From: Adineta vaga
Taxonomy: Eukaryota; Animalia; Rotifera
Direction: 5' to 3'
Assembly (NCBI GenBank): GCA_021613535.1
Contig: CP075493.1
Location: 17,360,001 to 17,424,000, forward strand
Length of the DNA stretch: 64,000 nt
Below, piece after piece: positions 37,101 to 48,942 of the stretch. Under the pieces are notes generated by a model, which was given only the letters and a program-made list of their open reading frames with translations, ran no database searches and was not told the origin of the DNA. The stretch's first letter is position 1; each line of letters opens with the position of its first letter. Position numbers and translations under genes: made by a program.

Positions 37101-39375
37101 TTCTTTCTATTTGGAAATATCCAGTGAAATTTCCATTTCTACCTTCTTTTCGTGTTACTGCTCAACTAATATTTCGTCATTCTTCGATGTGTTCTAATAA
37201 AATGATTCATAATTGTGGATTACATAGTACTGGATGTTATATGATCGATGAAACAACACCATATTGTCAATGTGAATCACCTTGGTATGGATCAAAATGT
37301 TCCGAACGGCCTTCGATTAATCCTTGTGCTAACTATAGTCTATATTTTCCTGCATATCGTTATGGTTTAAATGTTATTGACGATTTCATGTGTGTATGTA
37401 CAGGCAATACAAAAGGTCGTAGATGTTATATTTCAGTTTGGAATAACGTAGTTGCATTTATCAAAAAAAATTATACATGCTACAATGTAATACAAAATGA
37501 CTATGATATAGATTCATTTAGCAGACATTGCATATGTCCACCAAATTTATATGGACCTGAGTAAGTCATATTAAAAATATGATTTTATTATTTTTTATAT
37601 CATATCATTTTATAGTTGTGATAGAACTGCAGCCTCAATAAGATTTAATGTTTCGAATTTAACTGTAGATAAATCATCAATATTTATATTACAATTAAAT
37701 AATTGGAATTGGTATAATGAATCTTCTCGAATGATTATTTCTATACAACAATTTATTACTATTGAAAATAATGCATTAAATATATTTATTTCTGATGCAA
37801 AATTGTCAGATACAATTCTTTTGAAAATTTATAGAAATAATTATGATAATCATAGAAGAATTTATGATATATTCATATTTCGGTATAATTATCTTAAACA
37901 ATCAAGTCATTATTATGTAACTATGGAAAATCGATGTTATCATATTCAAGAATTAAATCATTTAATTCAATTTAATATAAAAAATAATCAATCTTTAAAA
38001 GAATTGATGAATACATTTAAATATTATCATCGACCTTGTCAATATAAGAATATTTCATGTTTCTATGATGAACATACTTATTTTTGTATGTGTAATAAAA
38101 TAGATCATTTGGCATCTTGTGCATTATATGATTTCTTTTTTGAACGTTGTAATTATTGTAAGTTTATGAAAAGAATTTCTATATTGATAAAAATATTATT
38201 TCTTATTTTGTTTTATCAGGTTTAAATAAAGGTTTATGTTTACTTGGAAATAAAATGAATGATTATAATGATTTTATTTGTCAATGTCCTCGTTGTTATC
38301 ATGGAATATTATGTCATTATCGAACAGCACAATTTGGTTATTCACTTGAAGCATTAATAACTTCAAATGATGAAAAGAAAGATTTTGAAAATAAGAAATT
38401 AATTCTTTGGAAATTAATCTATTTATCAATAGTTATTTTCATGATGATCATTGGTTTTCTAAGTAATATTTTATCTTATATAACTTTTTGTCATTCAACT
38501 ATAAATCGTTCATCGATTATTTATATTTTTATATGTATTTGTATATCAAATCAAATATGTCTTATTAGTCTTGTCATACAAATTATTTATGTTCTTCTAA
38601 ATGAAAATAATATCATTGAAAATACTATTATTAATCTTATTCTTTGTAAAACTATACCATATGTTGTTAAAACATCAACTTATATTAGTAAATGGTCAAT
38701 TGCATGTGTTAGTTTAGTACGTCTTCAAAAAACAACAATAAAAAATTCAATTTCAACTTCAAAACATTTATCGAGTACAGACAAAAAACATGTTAAGTTA
38801 TTTTTGAATATTGAAATTTGTTTGTTTTGAATAATTATTTGTTTTAGATATTATTATACATGATATGCATAATTTTAATCATTGGTTGTACAACAACAGA
38901 AATATTCTTTCATCGATTAATTGAAATCAAAGAATCAGTTGTACAATGTGCAATTGATTATTCGATCTTTTGGAATCGTATAGATACAATTCTTTTATTT
39001 ATTCATCATTTAGTACCATTTACAATATATGTTTATTCGTTTTTTATGATTATTCGATCGTTAGCACAAAGTAAATCATTAACACAACAACAATCATTTC
39101 TCATTACATTTTGGAAACAAATTAAAAAATGTAAAAATCAAATCATTTCTCCTCTTCTAATGATTCTTTCAACATTACCACAAATAATTACCGTCTTTTC
39201 TATTGATTGTGATCAATGGTATAATATGTGGGTTCGTTATATTGTACTTTCTATGTATCTCATTGCTCATAGTCCTGATTTATTGACATTTTTTCTATTT
39301 ATTTATCCATCAACAGTTTTCAAAAACGCTTTTACAAAAACAATTATTGGTAAACGACTATCCATTATACTATAA
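34162..39375 (+). CDS. Large receptor with multiple LDL-receptor class A repeats, EGF-like repeats and a C-terminal rhodopsin-like 7TM domain (multi-exon)
   Basis: CLDWRDICDGKWDCLNGEDE, FRCRNGLCI..DGDFDCLDGSDE, CFCPPNTFGDHCE, CQCPRCYHGILC, GFLSNILSYITF, FFLFIYPSTVFK. Confidence 0.85.
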
Positions 39376-39675
39376 ATCAATATCATATATAAACTGATGA
39401 TCATCTTATATTATCTGGAGAATTAAGTTATGGATTTGATAGGGTGACATTTATATGTAAATATGCTACAATTCCACTTAATCTGTAGAATACTATCAAG
39501 TGCCTAAATATTCTGTTCATCGAGCATTAAAACATTTCCTATTCTTCGTTGATTAATATACGTATAAAACATGTCCACACGGTTTTCTTTTATTTTCATC
39601 ATACAAATAAATAACGTTTAAAAAAATAGAAAACGAAACTTTACTCGTTCTATCGTATACTTAACTTTAAAAAGA

Positions 39676-39796
39676 TGGGTGTGGGTGAATGTTTTCTGGG
39701 CTGCTTCATTCGCCCACACCCTCAAGTTTCCGTATTTTTCCGACTAGAGGGTGTGAGGGTGAATTATGAAAGAAAACAGCGTCACCCTTGCACTCC
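39676..39796. repeat. Two adjacent inverted telomere-like elements
   Basis: TGGGTGTGGGTG..CGCCCACACCCTCAAG (39676-39726) and GAGGGTGTGAGGGTG..CACCCTTGCACTCC (39747-39796). Confidence 0.7.
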
Positions 39797-39961
39797 TAAA
39801 AAATATTTCAACGAGAAAAAATTCTCTTGAAAAGTGAAAATATTTTTTTATTTGTTTTTTTCGTTCTTTGATTTACTCTCGGTATTTATGGAAATAAATT
39901 CATTTCATTCCTATACAAATACATATCGGTACGTTTTCTTTTCTAACAAATTATTGGACAT

Positions 39962-41161
39962 ATGACGACGGCAAGTAGTAAAAGACAATGTTTTATTTGT
40001 TACAAAGATAAAATCGTTTATCATTGTGAAGGATGTGAAAAAGATTTTTGTCTTAATCATATAACTGAACATCGTCAAAAACTTCGTGTAGAATTAAATG
40101 AAATGAAAATTGATCGTGATATATTTCAACAAGCAATTCGTCAAGAACGACAAAAACCAGAAAATGAGGTTTTAATTGAACAAATTAATCGATGGGAAGA
40201 AAAGTCCATTCTCAAAATAAAACAAACAGCAAAATAATGTCGAGAAATATTAATAAAATATCCTAATAATCAATTATTAATAATTGAAAGAAATTTTAAT
40301 GAATTAACTGAACAAATGAAACAATTTCAACAAAAAATTAATTTAATGAAATTGATTTAAATCAATTGAGAAATCAATTAACACATCTAACTAAAACAAC
40401 TTATTCAACCATTGAATATTTCTATTCAACATAATATATTACCATCAGCATTTCTTAATGAAATTTCAGTTATTTCATTTGGTAAGTGTAAACAAATAAA
40501 CTGATAAGTAATGTCATGATTATCAATACTATTTTTCCTCAAACTATAATCAAAATATAAACACGTTTTTCGAAGTTTTTCAATTCTTTTAAAGATTTTT
40601 CCATGTACTCAAAGCATTGACATAGTTCATTGAAGAATTCTAAAAGATTGATAGGCATCGTAATCTCAACTACTTGTACTTTCAATTGATTTGATTCATA
40701 AAAAATATTTTTCAATTTACTTTTTTCTGAACAATTAAATCTGAATAAATTTTCGATTTTAAGCACAAATCAAATGGAATCAAGAAGGAATTACTGTTAT
40801 TGGAAAAAATGGAAAAGGACAACAATTAAATCAAGTTAATTCTCCTAATGGAATATTTATTGATAATCATAAAACAACTTATATTACTGATCGTAATAAT
40901 CATCGTATTATTCAATGGAAATGTAATGAAAAAGAAGGAGATTGTATTGCAGGAGGATATGGAAAAGGAAATGAAATGTTTCAATTGAATTGTCCATCGG
41001 ATATTCTTATTGATCAAGAAAACAATTATTTAATTATTGCTGATCAAGGAAATAGACGTGTGATACGTTGGACAATTGAACAGAAAAAATCTCAAGAAAT
41101 TCTTCTTTCTAATATTGATTGTTCGAATTTAGCTATGGATGAAAATGGTTTTATTTATTTT
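39962..41161 (+). pseudogene. B-box-like/coiled-coil + NHL-repeat (TRIM-NHL-like) gene, truncated
   Basis: CFIC..HCEGCEKDFCLNHITEHR, coiled coil, NHL repeats (QVNSPNGIFID, QLNCPSDILID); stop at 40235 and a frameshift; cut off mid-NHL by a telomeric tract. Confidence 0.8.
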
Positions 41162-41247
41162 TGAGGGTGTGGGTGTGGGGTGAGGGTGTGGGGTGAGGGT
41201 GTGGGTGTAGATGTGAGGGAAGAACATATACCCACACCCACCCTCAA
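41161..41247. repeat. Inverted telomere-like palindromic element with a long G arm
   Basis: TTGAGGG(TGTGGG/TGAGGG)n..TAGATGTGAGGGAAGAACATATA-CCCACACCCACCCTCAA. Confidence 0.9.
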
Positions 41248-41786
41248 TTTATTACTAAGTTGATAATTCTCACAAAATGTTCAAGTATGTTTTAACTCAT
41301 AAATATTTGTTAAATAGTGTCATTTGTGTCTTTCTATGTCACTGTATTTATCCGAAAAATTCTTAATTCTTTTGCCACTAAAACAGTCGTAATGTACGTA
41401 GAAAAATGACCATAGAATAATATATTCTAACTATTTTATAAGTCACAATTTGAACAGTAAATATTTCACAGATTTGTGATCGAGCATAGATCGCAGTATC
41501 AATACAATCAGACATAATTATTTAACCGTATGAGTTATATCATCGTGAAAGATTATCAAGCATAGAGTCGATTTTCTTCTCGATTTAAATCATGAAATAA
41601 TATCTCATCTCGATGATATGGATGCGAGAATGACGGTTATATTGAAGAGATAACTTGATCCCTCACCCTCACTCCGATTGTTTATGATTTTCTGACTGTT
41701 TCTCTTTCATTTCGTAAAGCTCTATAAATATTTTTATTATAAAAATTATAGATATTATCATCCAAATATCTCGTTTGAGAAAAGCA

Positions 41787-41905
41787 TCTTGAGGGTGTGG
41801 GTGAGGGTGTGGGTGTGGGTGTGGGTGGGTGCGGGTGTGGGTGTGGGCGTATATTCTTCCCTCCCGGCCTCGCCCACACCCTCACCCACACCCACACCCT
41901 CAAGA
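41787..41905. repeat. Inverted telomere-like palindromic element (best-preserved copy)
   Basis: TCTTGAGGGTGTGGGTGAGGG(TGTGGG)n-CGTATATTCTTCCCTC..-CCCACACCCTCACCCACACCCACACCCTCAAGA. Confidence 0.92.
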
Positions 41906-41926
41906 TCAGCATCCCTACCGAAACAG

Positions 41927-41972
41927 AGCCATCTGATGAGACCCTTTAGCAAGGTCGAAATCGGTCATGGTT
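41927..41972 (+). ncRNA. Minimal type I hammerhead ribozyme (solo pLTR-like)
   Basis: AGCCAU-CUGAUGA-GACCCUUUAGCAAGGUC-GAAA-UCG-GUC^AUGGUU; intact core; predicted cleavage after 41966. Confidence 0.88.
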
Positions 41973-42336
41973 GCTATACTCAGGCACAACCACAGCCTCA
42001 CCCTCCACACCCTTAAATGAGAGTAATAACATGCTGCCATACGTTTCTTCTGTTTTCGGAAGATCCTCTATTGAGATTTTTACAAAGAAAGTAGGCGAAT
42101 CTTTTATTCAAACTTAATTAAGCCTGTCCAGCAGTTGATCAAACAGAATGACAATGTACTATCCTACGCATTCGAATATCAATCGTTCATACTACCTAGA
42201 GAGCGTAAAAGTGAGGCTATGCTCTAAAAATAGATTCAGTTCTAGGAATGTTCATTACGCTACATAAAGTTTCATTGTCATATTGTAATATAATAGCATC
42301 ATACAAAATCGGTTTGTTTCTATGAGAACTTGTTTT

Positions 42337-43250
42337 TTATTGGATTGAAAATCGTTGAACACGATAATTCTTGCGATCGATGACGTACATATTACCATGT
42401 CGATCAAACGATAAACCGACGGGTTCGTGCAACTGGTTTGCTTGACTTCCTCGACCATTGTTACCAACAACTACCTGTCCCTCAGAATCACCTTTGCGCC
42501 AACGCATTACTCGATCATTTAGTTCATCCGCTACATAGACTGTACCTGCTGTGTCGACGAACAGTCCTCCTGGATGCGACAGTTGTGACAAAGCATTACC
42601 TCGTCCTCGACCACCAGCAACGACAATTCCCTCTTGTGCACCCTTGATCCACTTCATCACACGATAATTGAAGTAGTCAGAGACGTAGACAGAATGATCT
42701 TGATCAACAAAGACATAAGTGGGTCGATTGAATTGATTGGAACGTTCACCTCGCCCATTGCCGCCCGCTACCACTGTTCCGTTAGTTTCTCCCAATCGAT
42801 ATCGCCGTACTTCATCCTTATCGTAATGAGTGATGTAGAGAAATCTCTGATCGTCCATCGTTAACCTTCCACAATCGATGTTCTCAATGATCGTTTCTCC
42901 ATTTGCTCGATTTCCACGATACCACCGCACCACTCGTCTGTTTCAGTGATCGCTGACGATAAAACTGTCTGTCTCTTTATCAAAAACTATATCTCTTGGG
43001 TTATTTAGTTGATCAGTTCTGTTTCCTGATCCGTGGCCACCGGCAATCACTTGGCCAATCGTTGCACCAGGCTTCCATTCCACAATACGATGATTTCCTC
43101 CGTCAGCGATGTACATAGTTTGGTCATTATCGATGTAGAGACCGTATAAATAACTAAGCTGATGTAATCCATCTCCTCGTTCACGACTTCCAGCAACAGT
43201 GACTCCGTTCTCTGTCCATCGGGCATTCAGAGGAATGTTCGGGATAGCTA
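42337..43250 (-). pseudogene. NHL-repeat beta-propeller protein, in-frame TGA at 42943-42945
   Basis: Six NHL repeats (VAGG.G.G...QL..P..+FVD..+YV.D..N.RV); 5' exons not located. Confidence 0.85.
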
Positions 43251-43823
43251 TAAAGTCATTTAATAATAGAATGATTATCGCATTTATGTGTCGAAAGGAA
43301 AGCTATAAATTTCTTTGAAATTACAGGTGTAGATATTAGAGACGCAGAACACTCACTCGTTTGTGAACATAAGTTATCTCTACGCAGTAGTAATGAATCC
43401 AGAAAAACATAGTTCTTTTGATTATGTCTATATAGCAAGCAGTTTTTACGTTTTTGCGCAGTACAGACGTCAAAAAAGAGTGGAAGAATAATTCTACTAC
43501 TTAAGGTTCCGAGATGAATACCTAACCTTGAAAAAGTTTTGCCAAACCTCTAAAAAAAGTTATCAAAGTCATCCAATCTGATATTCTCCGTCCCAGACAC
43601 AATGACAGTTGGGCACGTCCAATTCCGATACAGACGAGTGCACATCAATTCGAACCCTAAATTTCAGAAATCATTATCAGATTAGTTGCAGGTTTCATCG
43701 AAAAAAAGTCTATATTTCTGCATAAATTTCTAGCTTTAGCTTCATGTATCCTACAGAAAGCAACATCGTTAGATCCAGAATAGAATTCTGTCTGAAACAA
43801 AACCCACTAGAACTGTCAGATAG

Positions 43824-45750
43824 CTATAAAGGCGAATCAGGACAAGTTCTATCAAACTGAGTATCAACTTTACCAAGACAAATCTTGACGAGTTTCTCAT
43901 CAATGTAATCGAAAACATCTTGATATTTCATGGTTACTAAAATTGGTGGATCCCCACCAAGTGCAGTGGCCCATGGTTGATGGAGTGCAACTTGCCCACA
44001 ATAAACAATGATTGGCACATTCACACAAATCTTTCTGCATTCATCCGCAAATTGTTGTCCACCTTCTGCGCCGTTTGTAATGATAACACATTTGATATTT
44101 CCTGATGTCGCTTTACGTTTAAAAAGTTTTAATGCATCGTCTGACGTTCTAATGGCATATATATTAAAATGATATGTATATTTTAAACGTTCAAGTAATT
44201 CTACATTTCGGGCATCGGTAATTTGTGAATTCCGCCATAATACAAATTTATTCTCAAGACGAAGTCCAACTATATAGAGTGGTAGTATCTAACGTTTGTC
44301 TTTGATAACGAACTCTTCTTCGTATTTCTCGTTTATTGATTGAATTGGTTTTTTCGAATCTGGATTTACTGTTATGTAATGGCTATTGTAGCTAGGATGC
44401 AATGGTTTGTTAAAAAAGGACATATCAGTGACATGTAATGAGTTTCCTAATGATACTATATTACATAGGAGATAGGTAGTGACAGGATTTCGATTTGCTA
44501 AATTAGCATAAAACGCTGCATATTTTGGGGAGCTTGCAAAGTACATCCCACTGCCGTACCATCCACCAGTAATGCCACTGAAACGAAAATTATCCTCGAA
44601 TATACCGTTGACATTTCTAATGTCACGTGTACCATGAAATAAAATTCTTTCATTTTGATTTCTCAACATTGATGAATACTGTTTATATTCAAGAGTTAGT
44701 TGTTCATTTGATACCATGACCATACTGCTAATCACATATTCTACTTCAGAGTCTTGAAATGAACGTAGAATTATAGTTGATAATTGGCGGCTTTTTTCTT
44801 GTAAGAATTTCCAAGTATCAGGTTCAATTACAGCCGGTCGTTCATTGAGCTCCAGAAATATGTCAATATCCTCGGGTAGAAGAATTTCTCCGTTCGATAT
44901 TTTTTCAAAATTTTTGATTTCGCCGTGAATGTTGGGGATAATTTCAAAACTTTTGGCAGTCGTGACCGGTAGCGTTTTTAAATAATTAATTACTTTGCTA
45001 CTTTTGTCTTTAATAATTATTGTAAATTTTGCTGCTATCTTTCGTAGCCTTTCTTTGGCCGTTAAAATCGACTTTTTGAACGTTACTTTTATATTTGTAC
45101 TGCCTTCACTAGCATCCAAAATGATAAGATCGTTTTTATCTACTTCCAAATCGTCAGCCAAATGCTGTAAAAGTGATTGCCAGTTAAATTCATTTTGTTT
45201 TACTGGTATAGTTAGACTTATACTAGGTAAGTCATTAATGATTGAGTGGTTAAAAATAGGCATCGACACGAGCACTGAATGTTTACTAACTTCAACGTAC
45301 TCCGTTTTGGTTCCATTATCAAGTGCCAATTTATGTGAAGCTATGTTAGCACATGTTTGTCTTATATGATCGGGAAACAAGTTAGTAATATTCACTGATG
45401 GTGAAATATTCAATATATCTTCAGCTCTAACCTCTTCTGTAGATGTTAATGAAATATGTTGTCCAATATGTGAAGCAGTTTGAAGTAAATATGATATCTT
45501 TGTACATAATTCCGTTATATTGGTCAATGTTAACGTGTGAAGATTAGTACTTTGGATTGTCTGATGACTTTCCACACGTTGACCATTCATGACAATGTAA
45601 TAGTGTTCAGATGAATCGAGACCTTCTTTTGCACATATAGATGAAATCATTTCTTCGATCGTCGTGTAAGAATACACGAGCACTTCCGATATGGTAGAGG
45701 TGGCACGGATTCGTACGGCCACTTTGTAAGTATGTTCTAATGCTATTGTA
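43824..45750 (-). pseudogene. Ubiquitin-like + PARP (ARTD, H-Y-E) catalytic + receiver-like C-terminal domain; premature TAG at 44289-44291
   Basis: TIEEMISSICAKEGL..NGQRV (Ubl); LFHGT, GWYGSGMYFASSPKYA, YEEEFVIKDKR*ILPLYIV (PARP); the frame continues to CVIITNG..VPIIVYCG. Confidence 0.8.
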
Positions 45751-45755
45751 GAAAG

Positions 45756-46358
45756 CAGAGCTGCGCAAATACTAATACCAATTGTACTGTGAAATTTATT
45801 ATAAAACATGCATATCGAATACACATATGTATTCTCATATACTGTCATGTACTGTCATGTATCGATCTACTTTAGGTGTGAAAAAGTTAGGATCGGTTAG
45901 CTTGTACTACGATGTATTCTCATTTTAATCATTTTGCTCGATTCCACTGTAAATACTATAACCACATGACACAAATATTCTCATTTTATTCATTTTGCTC
46001 GATTCGAACACAGATGCTATAAATACTACACAATACAAACATTGTCATTTTACTTATCTTGCTCGGTTCGAATACAGACACTCCTCATTGTCCAACCTAA
46101 AGCAGATACATATAAGACAGTACACGACAGTACAAGGTAACCGATTCTAACTTTTTCAGACTTAAAGTAGCTCAGTACATGACAATACATCAGAATACAT
46201 GACAGTACAAGCTAACCTATTCTAGGTTTTTCAGACCCAAAGTAGATCAAAACATCAGAATACATAACAGTACAAAGCTATTGACTACATCATCATCTCA
46301 TAGATAGAATTCCTAACAAAATCACAGTACAATTTGTACTCGTATTTGCGCAGCCCTC
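45756..46358. mobile_element. hAT-type MITE with 8-bp TSD GTAGAAAG
   Basis: ~35-bp imperfect TIRs CAGAGCTGCGCAAATAC..GTACTGTGA / TCACAGTAC..GTATTTGCGCAGCCCTC; TSD at 45748-45755 and 46359-46366; internal direct and inverted subrepeats. Confidence 0.85.
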
Positions 46359-47660
46359 GTAGAAAGGCAATAACTGTTAAGTATTTAACTGATCAAGTCG
46401 AAGACAAAAATAGTAGTAGACAAAACGATTTTGGCGTTTGCAATAAAAATCAATATTGTCTTGACGAAATTATGTAACACATCGTCTCGGAGAATGCCTG
46501 AACGTATGTGACTGAGAGTGGGTAATCAATTCAAAACCTTCGTCTGGTAGTGTCCGCATTCCGTGAAATCCCCACTCTTGAGGAATTCTAGCTAGCCGAA
46601 ACTTTGATAAATATCATGAGCGGAGCTAGGCATAACTCAACACCAAACTTAACCCAAGCCATTCGGGAGTTTGGGTTTGGGTTAGAGACTCAAGGTTGAT
46701 TAATAAATAATGTTTCAGTTGGCGTTGGTTGCATACGTATATGAAACGTACAAGTCTTTTTCTGTTTGTTTTCATATACGGAAAAATTATTTGCATATAT
46801 ATATATATATGGCAATTGAGAAGAAGACTCAGACCCAAACTCATCAGATCAAACTCACGAAATCGAAACAGTTTGGATTTGGATCATGTGTAAGCAGAAC
46901 GCATATTTCTCCACAAAGAATCAGTTTCAGGAAATTGACGAATTGCACTGAATCTAAGAGAATGAAGGAATTGGAAGAACTCATGGCGCGGACCTTAATC
47001 AAGGGACGTCGGCATCTTGAGGATGAAGGATGTGGACGAGGATCAGTCTCAATTTCATCACAAGTGACAGTGCTTATAAAATTTGGTGTAGTCGAGGATG
47101 GCATAGCCGTCTATGCGTCTGATTCTTAGTCAGATATCAGAAGGTTCAATACCTTCCCTTGGCTCGTCGGGTGGCGGTGATAATGGGAGAATGGAAGGAA
47201 GAAAAAATATAGTTCGTACGAAGAATAAACAAAGAATCACATGGACATGGTTATACGGCCTCGCCAGTTTGTTTGTTTGTTTTCTCCTCTTTGTAACTCC
47301 TTCTCCACTATGTTATCATCATTGTCTTTTCGTAAGCGTCCTCTAAAAATTGTACTGCCATTGTACTAACAAAAACTGACAAAAACAAATCTTGGACGGA
47401 ACAAAATAAATACCGCACAATTAAAAAAAATTGGTGTGGTTCGGATGTCACTTTTGCTCTGATTTTCAGAGAATGAACTGTGGGGTATCATTAACAGTGC
47501 ATTTTCAAGCTCGAACTGGTAAACCAGATCTTGACTTTCGTGTCCAAGATTGCTAAATTTGTGAAGTTCATGAATTTCTTGGGTTCCGTGAGTTCCTCAA
47601 GAGTTCAAATTGCGCGAAATTCAGACATCCCTCGTTATGTGTGGATAGAATATCTCGGTT

Positions 47661-48136
47661 TCACTCAATATATGTACCTTGTTGACTGGATGCAGTAGAT
47701 TCTATGCGAGATTTTGCTCTTGTCCCTGACGTTGTTTCTTCAATACTAACTGGACGTGATTCCACCTGTCGAACTTGTACTAAATGATTGTCGATCACAT
47801 GCCATTCTTTGTTCAACTCATCAAGAAAAATAGGCGTGATTGATGAAGAGAATGTGATCATGTAGAAATGAAGACAAACAAAGATATTCGTTGATGGTTG
47901 TAGAGAATTAGACGATGCTGGTGGTACACAAGACATGTCCACCTGCAAGATTAGTGTCAGTGTGTATGCTCCTTACACTCAATCACATTCCAAAATATCA
48001 TTAGTATCCTTTGTTCACTTATCAGTTCTAGTGCATCAATGGTGCTAAAGCGAATGAAGTAGTTCACTAAAGCTTGCTCTGTTAATGTGGCTGGCGTTGG
48101 TCCAACGAAAATTTTCTTTTGAGAAGTACCAGCCAT
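47661..48136 (-). CDS. Possible RRM-domain protein (partial or degenerate)
   Basis: MAGTSQKKIFVG..LTEQALVNYFIRFSTI (RNP2-like), then FYMITF..HVIDNHLVQVRQ; 3' extent uncertain. Confidence 0.45.
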
Positions 48137-48431
48137 TGATGATCGATTGTGTCTATTTTAGAAGTCAGTAACGGAGATGCGCAAGTAACTGCTTGAGTAG
48201 AGAAGAAAGTGAAAAATATTCGAATGTTGTTGTCAGTTGTGAAATGTAAGAATAGTCATCGAAACAGAACACAAAAAGTGTGTTTTTCTTGGCAACGTCT
48301 CTTCAGCATGATAGAAGCGAGCAAACTAAATAAATAGATGAAATGAGATTTAAAACTGTTGTAAAATACAAGAAAAATTTATTCTTTGACGGGTTACGGC
48401 CTGACGAGAGTGTGGTGCGTGAGTACTAGCT

Positions 48432-48474
48432 GCCATAGCGCGTTTCGATCCAGCTGCGGATCTAATCAGATGGC
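48432..48474 (-). ncRNA. Hammerhead ribozyme-like motif with mutated core (probably inactive)
   Basis: GCCAU-CUGAUUA-GAUCCGCAGCUGGAUC-GAAA-CGC-GCU-AUGGC; stems I and II perfect; G8>U and GUC>GCU. Confidence 0.75.
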
Positions 48475-48577
48475 TTTTTATCTTAAATCTGATCAAAATT
48501 CAATCAGTTCTAGCTTAAATAAGTCAAAACTAATCGAACCCTAATCAAATTCAAAGATTAGAAGTATTTGTAATTTT

Positions 48578-48652
48578 TTGAGGGTGTGGGTGTGGGTGTG
48601 GGTGTGGGTGTGGGTTTTACATCTTATTCTTAACCACATCCACACCCTCAAG
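48578..48652. repeat. Inverted telomere-like palindromic element
   Basis: TTGAGGG(TGTGGG)5-TTTTACATCTTATTCTTAA-CCACATCCACACCCTCAAG. Confidence 0.9.
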
Positions 48653-48942
48653 TTTTTTACCCTAATACTCTATCAGTCTCCAAAAACAGTCATTTTTCAT
48701 TTCGTGCTCTCGTTTCGTATGTAGCTTGAGAATTCGATTTCTCGGAAATAAAGGCACGAGGGCACGAATCCTTTTGGGGTTTTTCATATCTCATCGAGGT
48801 CTATCCACGGCCAAAAGATGGAGTTTAAGAGGCCTGGACACCAGGGTATGTGAAAAGAATAACGACATTCTCACATAAATCCTTCTCCTCGTGTTCACTA
48901 TCTTTTTTTCGAAATTTTTTGTTTTATACAAATTCAAAGGCA

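Noticed and set aside
41682-42016. Short ORFs rich in VWVWV/PHPHP/THTHT (also at 20809-21080, 33155-33370 and 51697-52074)
   Set aside because: Translations of the telomere-like repeats
21782-44291. Alternative genetic code (TAA/TAG=Gln) and ciliate-like nanochromosomes, suggested by in-frame stops and telomere-bounded gene-sized pieces
   Set aside because: Intact genes end normally in TAA; lesions also include TGA and frameshifts; intron style and gene families are metazoan/bdelloid-like
45900-46070. Three ~60-bp spaced repeats (TATTCTCATTTT..TTGCTCGATTC) resembling a CRISPR array
   Set aside because: Internal tandem repeats of a hAT MITE; spacers are related to each other; no cas genes; eukaryotic context
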